Shown here piece after piece: positions 54,290-64,000 of a stretch of DNA of 64,000 bases (within the stretch, counting starts at the first letter, position 1; each line of letters begins with the position of its first letter). The notes beneath the pieces are model-generated. The model had not been told where the DNA came from, did no database searches, and worked only from the letters and a program-made list of their open reading frames with translations. The position numbers and the translations under genes are program-made. Location of the stretch: contig NC_134032.1 of NCBI RefSeq assembly GCF_964204645.1, positions 16,579,452-16,643,451 of the forward strand, in the 5' to 3' direction. The DNA is from Tubulanus polymorphus. Lineage: Eukaryota; Animalia; Nemertea.

Positions 54290-54625
54290 GGATTAGATAG
54301 TTTTTAGATATCATAGGTACTTAAAATTCAGATATGAAATAGTTTCTTTAATAGATTAAAATTCAGATAAAACAGTTTTTTGATATCACAGGTATTTTTA
54401 AATTCAGATATAAAATAGTTTCTTTAATAGATTAAAATTCAGATAAAACAGTTTTTAGATATCACAGGTATTTTTAAATTCAGATATAAAATAGTTTCTT
54501 TAATAGATTAAAATTCAGATAAAACAGTTTTTAGATATCACAGGTATTTTTGAATTCAGATATAAAATAGTTTTTTCAATCTTTTTAAAATTGAGATAAA
54601 ATAGTTTTACATATTATGGATACTT
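54290..54625. repeat. 76-bp AT-rich tandem repeat x~4
   Basis: AATTCAGATATAAAATAGTTTC... at 54401 and 54477, plus degenerate flanking copies. Confidence 0.8.
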
Positions 54626-55669
54626 TGAAATTGAGATAATTTAAAATACTTTCTAGAATTGTCTTAAAAATGCGGGTAAAATAGTTTTTAGAGTGTTTTC
54701 AGAATTACTAGTTTAGAAGTATCAATGAAATGTTTGCAGATATGAATAATTCATAATTTATACCAATGAAATAGATTTAGATGGATCACCTTGATCAATC
54801 ATAATATCAAACCAAAACATCATTGAAAGAATCCAATAATAGCGATAATAATTCACATAAAATATGATTTTGGGCAATAGTAAAAAATGAAACCAGGAAA
54901 ATAATTAATCATATTTTGCAGATATTCAAAAACCGTAATTAATTTTGAGAACTGGACTGAAATCTTCACCAAGAGATATATTAGGAAAAATTCAAACTTT
55001 TGGAAAGTTAAGATTAGGAAACTCGTAGTAAATTGGAATTTCAATTGAAATCGGGAAATAGGAAATTTGTAGTAAATTGGAATTTCAGCACTGAAGGACT
55101 CAAAGTTTGGGAATTTTGTTCTATCTTGGAACATGAGAAACTGGAACCACAAAAATACAACAAACTGTTCGACATGAGCAGTATGACCGGGTCTCAGTCA
55201 GTAGAAATCTATTAATGATGCTGGTTTTAGTTTGGATTTTGTGACCTCTTCACAACAATAATTGCAAAATGGCTGAGAAACTACAAATAGCCTCTTTTCA
55301 TGTAATCAATTAGTAGGTTATATCACATACTTTGATACAACTTATGCCATTTTTGGGGACGAAGGAAGCACCTGAGAACCTGATCTGATTAACTGCAATA
55401 TGAGTAACCGACCTCTTGAAAACAACTTCAGCGTAGATTTCTTAAATCTATTGATAATTCACTCTCAACAGCCATTTATCTGACGTGTGTTTTATGCATT
55501 GCTCGCCTACATGGAAACAATTCCACGCTCTATCAACCATATTTCCATGGCTAAATGCAATTCCTGCAAGTTAGACCCCAATCGAGGACTATGAGTTACT
55601 TTATCAGAGCGGTGTCTATTACTGAATTGCTCGATTGTTATGAACTTAACAATTTTCCTTTTAGACCAT

Positions 55670-55868
55670 CTCCTCTATCATATCTCTCTAAACTCCACTA
55701 TCATATCTCTCTAAACTCCTCTATCATATCTCTCTAAACTCCTCTATCATATCTCCATAAACTCCTCTATCATATCTCCATAAACTCCTCTCTCATATCT
55801 CCATAAACTCCTCTCTCATATTCCCCGAACCTCCTCTCTCGTATCTCAGACCTCCTCTCTCATATACC
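55670..55868. repeat. ~22-bp pyrimidine-rich degenerate repeat
   Basis: CTCCTCTATCATATCTC(T/C)(C/A)TAAA units. Confidence 0.8.
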
Positions 55869-56193
55869 TTATTGTTTTCAACAAGAGATTAATGAAGACT
55901 ATCTATTAACAAGAATGTTGAACTCAACCGGGAACCCTTGATCCTGGTGATCGTTAGAATCAGTAGAGATCAATATCAATCCATAAAACCTGATCACTGA
56001 TGTGATAACAACAAACTTTCCAATCCAAGATCTTTATTTTCTTTATCAGCGATTCTCAATCATTGCATTTTTGCAGATTTTTGCATTTTTCTATTCTATC
56101 CTTTGTTCAATTATGAACTCATAAATTCATGCATTGATCACCGATCCAGATGGTGATGGTTTCACACCTTAGAAATGAAATGAAATTGATTAC

Positions 56194-56561
56194 CGTAGTC
56201 TTTGCAGTGGTTTCCTTTCTCGCGCAATTTTTTCCTTTCTTGCGCTCGACAGCGGGGAAGGTGGTGGCCCCGCTGGAGCGCCCGATGTCGATGCCTGGGC
56301 GGGCGTCTGAAGGCGTCTGAAGCTGTGGCGCCTCTGCCGGGGTCACCACTGCAGGGGCGACCTCCTGCTCCACATTTACGGGAGAAGCAGGGTCCACCTT
56401 CTGCAAAGGAACCAACTCAAAAGGTGGAACGATTTCTGGAGGAGTTGGTTCCTTAGGCGCACAGATAGATGCTAACCTTTTATAAGTATCTCGTAATGCT
56501 GGAAGTGCTCTGCGGGCTGATTCAGACTGGTCGTTTTGGATGTTTTCAATGATGTCTAAAT
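56194..56561 (-). CDS. Putative internal coding exon of an unidentified gene (Pro/Ala/Glu-rich)
   Basis: Strong acceptor (T)nCATTCCAG at 56562-56581 and donor ACG|GTAATC at 56193. The 368-nt exon is open (DLDIIENIQNDQSESARRALPALRDTYKRL...ETTAKTT) and markedly more GC-rich than its flanks. No family recognised. Confidence 0.5.
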
Positions 56562-59332
56562 CTGGAATGAAAAAAAAAAACATTAAGGATCATGCATATT
56601 ACACATAAATGACATAATGACATGTTCGCATATAATTATCATATTTCTAGATATTAACCTATAAAATGATGCAGTTATCCAATAGGTGAATGTGACGTGA
56701 TGGAAGAACGAACAAAGTAGGGTAAGAAGGGTCATTTGAATGTTTGGAAGCAATCGTAAGCTTATTTTGTGAGAAGTGATCATGTCACTGGTTGTACGAT
56801 ACGGTTGTACGACTAACGCTGTTGTAACTACACTTTTTACCGCTCTCATAATTTGCATCACCCATTACATAATAACGATAAGTCGACAGTATATCATCAG
56901 TGAGGCTGATGATTGAATCTTTCAATACAATTTTTAATAATGGTATTTCTATGTCTTATATACTTATATGTTTCAGAACCAACGCTGTATGTGGACGGGT
57001 ACTTTGCTAGTTGCTGGCGACTAACACTTTTGTTAATTCATTACTGGAACTACTGATTGTAATAAATTACATCCTACAATTACCGACAATCAATTTTGGT
57101 AGCAAATCATGAATCAAAAATACACTTGATTTTTGTCTGGGGGGTGATGACGTACCAGGTTCCAGGTGACAAAAACTATACATTATGATGAATAATCAAT
57201 GGAATTGTTACCCATGACCCTTGTTTTCAAAATCTGGGAACCTCTTTGGAATAACACGCATGATAACTTTTCATTTATCAACCAATTGAAATGGAAACTT
57301 TGCAACGATAAAAGATCTAATTTAACACAGATGTCGCGCTGTAAACAAAAAATTGATCGATAATCCCTTTTATTCAGTAATTACTTTTCAATTGGAGGAG
57401 TGAAAAATTTGTCCACACTTCAGAAATCTATTCAATTATTTTGTAGAACACTTTTTGATTGCATACAGGGCCACACTCCATCCACGATAAGTGGGAGAAT
57501 TTGCATTTTATTTCCTCTGAACATGAGGCAAGTGTGTATAACATATTATATTTTGTCAAAAATGAAGATAAAATTATGACTGATTTTTTAACATTTTATT
57601 GTTTAAACTATTTGCAGCATGAATTAAAACAGAAAAACGACAAATAATTTCACTTCGCTGAATCTAAAACCAGTAAAAACCATTTCACACAACATTGCCC
57701 ACTACTGCACCTTCAGAAACAACACTCACTACAAATATAATACATTCATTTTGAAGAACAATATTTCACTATCAACACAAATGGCTGTAATTCATTATTC
57801 CCAATAGAATATTCATTGTCAGCAATAGGCCTATCGGTACTCCACATATTCATTACATAACTTACCTAGAATGTACAATTCATCTTACACCAACGATTGA
57901 TTTATTCAGATCAACAAAATTCCATGCACAGCCATTTTAAAGTGGTATTCATTATGCAGTAGACTCCGCCTAATAGGCTACAGTTTGGCACCTTCATTTT
58001 CATACCTAATCAGGCAGTTACCGGTTTTTAAGAATTGCAAAAATCAATTGATGAAAAGATTTATTGAGCCTAATAGCGGTCAAAATGATCAATTTCTTTG
58101 TATTGTATACAATCTGACCATGTAGTGAATCCCCAAATTCCTTCTATAACTCTTTCAGTGCCCAGTCAACTTTCGTCTACAGATTATTTCAGGTCGTACA
58201 GTGCCCTGTCGACTTTCATCGACATTTCTTATAGCAGTTTAGTCGCATAGAATTCAGCGGAGAAACCTGCCGCTAGATGGCTTGATTAAATGATAGTAAG
58301 TTTTTATGATGCGTTTTTGTGGTGTTGCTATTCAAAATATTTGAGTTTTTTGCGTTTGAAAGTAGCGGGTACTTATCCGGAGGTCGTGTGATTTACTTAT
58401 TAGCTCATTTACTAATTATAATTACCAAAAAAATGTATATTTGTGACCGTAGACATAGAATATTCCATTGTCAGCTTTTAGCTGAGGCTTCATAACCGAT
58501 TTGTTCATTTTGATACATGAAACTTAGGGGGTTATCAAATAAATAAGTCACCCATTATAATTCATGCAAATTAGCTCATTTGCATAGGACGTCACTTTCA
58601 GTAAGAAAAATTACCACCAAAATTATCCAAGGGTCATTCATACCCTACAAACTTTTCAATTACCATAAAGCTCTATCTCTTACAGTTTTCACTCTACGGA
58701 GCTCCAAAGTTTCTATTGATTTTCCTACTTTTTAGGTAACAATGATGGGCACTCTGAGGGTTTTCTCTTATTACACATGGGCACTGAAAGAGATAATATA
58801 CTAGACACAAGTCCTTCAATAGACTGGACATTTCATGTTTCTTTATCCCGCAACATTTTCCTACGATTCAATTCACTTGTGATGTCCTCTTTGAGTAATG
58901 GAAATTATGACCAATTTAAGTCATGCGTGTGCATTAATAGAACATAAGGCCTAATCACTTACAGCAAAAATAAAGATGTTCTCATGTTTTTATGTATTTT
59001 TGCTAACAGAGATAGAAGGTTGATAGTACATACATGTATTCTAAAATCTGGTCTCAGAACGAAATGAATCACACAGTTACTGACTAAACTGTCATCCGGA
59101 TACTGAGTAAACCACTGTATGGGACCGTATGCTTTGATGCAGCTGAAAAGTAGCTATATTTTTTTCAGAATTTCGCTATATTTATTTTGATTGAATATTT
59201 CAGAATTTTGGATAGATCGATCTGTATATACAGTACTTATGGTATATTACATGTTGATTTTCCTACACAAAGTTGGTGCGACCTATTTAAAATCAGACGA
59301 ATATAAAGAAGAAAGTTAAAAGATAAAGTGAA

Positions 59333-61470
59333 TGTTGACGTTCTGACAAAAAGAGGAAGCATAAATCAAAAATAGCGATTTTGTGAATGATTCTCTCAGT
59401 ACAGAGATTAGAGTGTTACTGGCACTTATCCGATCCAGTGGCAACATCTGTGCTAATCGCAACTTCCACTCACACCGTCCGATCGCACACCGTCCGATCG
59501 CACACCGTCCATGAGATGATAAGCTGATACTTGTGTAGTTTTTAATATAGAAATAAAGCAGCAATTCAGTTTAGTAAAGAATCAATGGATTGCATATCGT
59601 CACTTAGTCAGCTCTCTGCAAAACTTCATTCCTTGTCACAACCAACAGTAGTATTATTTTCATGGATGGGTGAGCCCTCTGAAGGTGAAGCCATTCGGGC
59701 AGAACTGAAGAAACAACCACAACAAAGTTTATCATCGACATCTGAAAAAATGTTGAGAAAAATGGAGCACTCCTCAAAGAAGATATCGACGAAAAACAAG
59801 TTACAGTTCTTGAATCGTTGTTGGAGGAATTTAAAGAACCGTACAAGAAAATTCTAGTGATAATCGAGAGAATTGAAGCAACTTTAGTCTAGAATCCGCA
59901 AGCGGTGAGGATTATGAAAAAGAATCGACAGAAATTGTTGACCACCGAACCACCACAAGAACAGTGCTACTTGATTTATCGATCAACAGGATGCTGAACC
60001 TATCAAAAAGAAATGGAAAGTAATATCATGATTCACACATGTAAAAAAGATATGACGATTGAGGACAAAGTAACGAAAGGAAACGTTCTGTCAAAATGAT
60101 CATCGATATTTGATCCTTTGGAGCTTAGTAGGATCGTTGCACCATGAAAGCCCTTATGATTAAGCAATGGACAGAGAACATTGAAAGGGACGAAGAGTCA
60201 AAACGGGCGAATGGACAAAGATCAGAAATTCCTTCAAACGTAGTAACGAAATAGTGATGGGGAATAGCAGTGTTTCCAATAAGAGCCAGGTCACAGGTCT
60301 CAGACCCGTCAGTCGTTTTTTTAAGGACTCGCCTGTTTTTTCAAACCAGCTTTCGTTTCAGGTACTGTGACATATTATGGGACCCTCCTGTTTTTCGAAG
60401 GGACCTGGCTTGTTAATTTCTTACTAAAAACACTGGATAGACGATTTGTTTTTGACCCACAACGAGAAGCGGAAATTGTGATCTTCACTGACGCATGTCC
60501 TGAAGTTGTAATCGGCCGCATCAACTACAAACTACAGATTCGAAATATAAAAAGTAAATGTGACGGTACCTAGGAAAGAATAACAAGCAATGTTAAGGCA
60601 TAGAATATAGCGAGCTAATTACCGACACATATGGATCTATATATCCAAACATGAATGTTGGATTTGGTTCAGAAATATTGAAAACATTCGTACACAATAG
60701 AATGGAAAAGATAAAAGCGTTAACAAATGTTTCTGATTGGAATTCGCAGTCCAAAGGAGACTATCATGGCTGCTGGTAGTTAATGTCACTCGCAGTCCAA
60801 AGGAGACTATCATGGCTGCTGGTAGTTAATGTCACTTGCAGTCCAAAGGAGACTATCATGGCTGCTGGTAGTTAATGTCACTCGCAGTGTAAAAGGAAAC
60901 CGTCATGGCTGCTGGTAGTTAATGTCACTCGCAGTCCAAAGGAGACCGTCATGGCTGCTGGTAGTTAATGTCACTTGCAGTCCAAAGGAGACCGTCATGG
61001 CTGCTGGTAGTTGATGTCACTCGCAGTCCAAAGGAGACCGTCATGGCTGCTGGTAGTTGATGTCACTCGCAGTCCAAAGGAGACTATCATGGCTGCTGGT
61101 TGTTAATGTCACTCGCAGTCCAAAGGAGACTATCATGGCTGCTCATAGTTAACATCACTCGCAGGGTAAAAGGAAACCATCATGGCGTAAGGATGATTGA
61201 AACTGAACCAGTGATGTTGCAGACGATTCATTGATGAATACGTGTCATGGCTGCTGGTAGTTAATGTCACTCGCAGTCCAGAAGGAAACAAGGAATCTTG
61301 GGCGTTTGTAAAAACTCACAGATACACCATTGAAGAATTCTATGGCAGCTGGGCGTTATTATGGCAACAAATGTAGGCACAGACGGGATGATCTGCTCAG
61401 CTAAAGTAAGAACCACGTCCTGCGGAAGGTCACAACTAGAGTGACTCAGTACGAGGCGCCAACCATTGAC
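59333..61470 (+). mobile_element. Degenerate BEL/Pao LTR retrotransposon remnant
   Basis: Interrupted pol motifs in the expected order: VTKGNVLSK*SSIFDPL (~60070), IVIFTDAC (~60475), KTFVHNRMEKIKALTNVSDW (60681-60740), and DUF5641-like WQLGVIMATNVGTDGMICSAKVRT (~61343-61414). A possible TG..CA LTR at 59333-59584 contains AATAAA (weak). Confidence 0.8.
60745..61185. repeat. 46-bp minisatellite x~9.5 inside the BEL/Pao remnant
   Basis: CGCAGTCCAAAGGAGACTATCATGGCTGCTGGTAGTTAATGTCACT at 60745, 60791...; an extra partial copy at ~61245-61280. Confidence 0.93.
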
Positions 61471-62002
61471 CGTAATAATGAATCCGTTAGAAATAAATCG
61501 TGTGTAAACTCTATTTACCGCAAGGCCACAATATCTAGGATTCGCCAACAATTAGACGATGAAGATTCAGACTATGAGCCGAACTAGTGTACGACATTCC
61601 TATCAAACATCTTATCCGTAGTTCAGATCTAGTATAAACATTGAGTGGGTGCGGCTTGAGACTAGTTCGCAGATAAGCTCATGATAACAGTCGTGAGATA
61701 TACCTCCTTCCTGCCATAATCTCGGGATCTCAAAATGTTGTGAGCAACTACCTAGAGATATGAAAAACGAAGTTTAACCAATAAATTAAAATAGTGATCC
61801 TGAATTTCCTGACGATTGATCAATGATTAATAAAGAGAAAATCACATGTTGTCGAATCCTGGAGTCGTACAGAAAAACGAAAGTACCGTAAATACTAGTG
61901 CTACATTTCAGCGGTATCTAAAAAGTTGGTCCCATAATGTGATGGGTATCTGGATACGGACTAAACAGCTGTCCGGTTCCTGACTAAACTATCAGCTAAA
62001 CT

Positions 62003-62190
62003 GCAGTCCAGTTATTGACTAAACGATGGACTACAGCGCAGTCCAGTTATTGACTAAAATATGGACTACAGCGCAGTCCAGTTATTGACTAAAATATGGA
62101 CTACACCGCAGTCCAGTTACTGATTAAAATATGGACTAAACTGCAGTCTGCTTACTGACTAAATGGACTGAACCGCGCAGTCCAGTTACT
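62003..62190. repeat. 35-bp minisatellite x~5
   Basis: GCAGTCCAGTTATTGACTAAAATATGGACTACAGC units. Confidence 0.85.
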
Positions 62191-62894
62191 TGATTTATTA
62201 AACATAAATCAGGATTTTCCATCAAGTGCATTGGTCTGGAGGCCTAGACAGTTTAAACTGTTTATGTTGTAACTTATCTCTATTGACTGGATACAGCATT
62301 GCATATGAAAAAACATGATGAATATTTCAAAATTTCGGTGCAATTTCGACGATATTTGAAAACCAGAAACCAGGAAATGAAGTTACTTCCTCAAGTTCAT
62401 TCACATCCACCAGAACCTCTACTCACTATTCAATTCAATTCAAACTTTATTCACCATTAGAATTAATAGCAAATTAAATTGAGTTTAAGTTGAGTAATTT
62501 AGAATAGAATAAAAGACTAGAAACATAAAATGATATTTTCAAAATAAATTGAAATGAAATCAGTGTGAGACATAAATTGAGTTTTCCGAAATTAAAAAGA
62601 GGATTGGAATAAATTGACATTTGATGATAGAAGATTGAGACAATTTGAAATTTAGTATCCAATAATGCGGAGATTTGAGATAAAATAATTGTGAATTTGA
62701 GATCAAATAATTTCAGATGTTGGAAATCAAATAATTTTAGATGCTTGTCACTAGAAATAATCGAGAATTTGATGAAGTAGAGTTTGTACTTACTCAAATC
62801 ACAAAACGCGCCGAGGGATAAAGGATTGTGTCAGGACCTCGGCGATATTGATATTCAAAGTTGAATTTCCAATGTAGTTTTACTGCTACTGTCA

Positions 62895-62975
62895 CGTAGT
62901 TGGTCTGCTGCTGTCTCGTAGTTGGTCTGCTGCTGTCTCGTAGTTGGTCTGCTGCTGTCTCGTAGTTGGTCTGCT
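62895..62975. repeat. 22-bp minisatellite x~3.7
   Basis: CGTAGTTGGTCTGCTGCTGTCT at 62895, 62917, 62939, 62961. Confidence 0.9.
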
Positions 62976-63600
62976 GTGCTGCTGTAATGTAAAAACAATG
63001 TTATACAAATCAAGAAAATCGAAAATTATTGATTCTAAGAAATAGCTAACTCGAGTTTCTATTAAATAATAATAATAATAATTAACATTAAATAATTGGG
63101 TATCATTATTTTCTAAATATTAAATATAGAAGCCACCAGAATTAAGTTGAACGACGCTTCGAATGAAAGGTTTCTATGGATTCGAGTCATGGTTGAATAG
63201 ACTGAGCTGTCTGTGTATTACACCTAGGCATGTCAACTAGCCGCTTTAGCGGTAGAATTGAACAGCAGAAAAACTGGTTCCGAAAACTTGATAAACGGAT
63301 TTAATAAATGTCCTCAATAAAATCGCAATAGCGTCCTCGTTATTACCAGAGCGAAATTGAAAATCAAATGTTGTAATTAACTTAAAAATAAAAACACAAT
63401 TTGGACAATTTTGAGCAAAAAGAACGTCACAATGGAAATGTCATAATTAAACACCTATATAATATAATCCGAACTTTCGGAACTTAGGAAATTGTCTTAC
63501 ATAAAGCCGTATGCGAAACCTAAGGTCTATGTATACAATTTACAAGTAAGATTAATAAATAAATTTCATCCAAAGAAATAAAATAAAACGGATGACGTTT

Positions 63601-63702
63601 GCTTACCTGAAAAATGGCCGAACTGGAAGGAGGGATCAGCTGACCTGAGTTTTTATACTGACATTGTGACGTCACTGATCCTGACCAATGAAAAGTACCA
63701 AT
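63601..63702 (-). promoter_or_regulatory. Pol II promoter with a short first exon and splice donor (minus strand)
   Basis: On minus: CCAAT boxes (63685-63689, 63698-63702), CRE TGACGTCA (63667-63674), TATAAAAA (63657-63650), Inr-like TCCAGTT (63627-63621), then CAG|GTAAGC donor at 63607/63606. Confidence 0.6.
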
Positions 63703-63957
63703 ATTACCGCCAAGTTTAGAAAATAATTTTCTGATGGGATTCGAACCTGATCAACGCCACAAAAAAGTCCATTTTGTTCGAATCCACGCAAATTCAATTA
63801 ATATCACACTGGTGTGTCCTCAGTTTACCCCAGTTATCTGTTTAATTTAATCCGTTTGACAAAATGTTTAAGATTCATTCTGAAAATCGATTTTAAGCAA
63901 ACTGAACACATACGAAATCACATACGAGACAAACTGACACACCCGAGTTATTACCAC

Positions 63958-64000
63958 CGATCTATGGTCTAGCGGTTAGAATTCCCGCCTGGTAAACCGG
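63958..64000 (+). other. 5' part of a tRNA(Glu/Asp)-like sequence, probably a pseudogene or SINE head; truncated by the window end
   Basis: ATGGTCTAGCGGTTAGAATTCC closely matches the tRNA-Glu D-arm/A-box. The following anticodon stem pairs poorly and no B box is visible within the window. Confidence 0.45.

Noticed and set aside
56655-58230. Possible kinase or other domain in the exon-like segments upstream of the 56.2-56.6 kb exon
   Set aside because: All frames I tried contain stops, and the resemblance needed frameshifts; no family can be supported.
28800-63700. Helitron/Polinton identity for the large duplicated unit
   Set aside because: No Rep/helicase, polymerase or integrase ORF, and no diagnostic termini or TSD could be identified.
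63958-64000. Functional tRNA gene
   Set aside because: The anticodon stem does not pair and the sequence is cut by the window end; kept only as tRNA-like.

Overview
Eukaryotic, AT-rich, intron-containing genomic DNA from a metazoan, probably an invertebrate (taxon is inference). The left 29 kb holds four genes, each rebuilt by hand from GT-AG sites and frame continuity: (1) a 4-exon clan-7 (CYP7/CYP8-like) cytochrome P450 on + (4898-8932) with an unusually short heme-binding loop; (2) a 10-exon Spindly gene (SPDL1) on - (14043-23332); (3) an intronless CYP1-like P450 (19143-20618) nested on the same strand inside Spindly intron 7; (4) an 8-exon EMC3 on + (23975-26076), head-to-head with Spindly. 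Roughly a third or more of the window is tandem repeat. A ~77-copy 41-bp array is an amplified copy of the Spindly exon-8 3' splice site. A 12-kb higher-order satellite alternates 159-bp and 153-bp units. The right 35 kb (~28.8-63.7 kb) contains a minus-strand promoter, one intact orphan exon, decayed tandem 120-nt exons and a BEL/Pao retrotransposon remnant. A 1.35-kb, internally deleted, inverted copy of that whole region sits at 12.5-13.8 kb, so the two copies flank the SPDL1/CYP1/EMC3 block. All calls were made by eye with no database searches; comparisons to human proteins are from memory.
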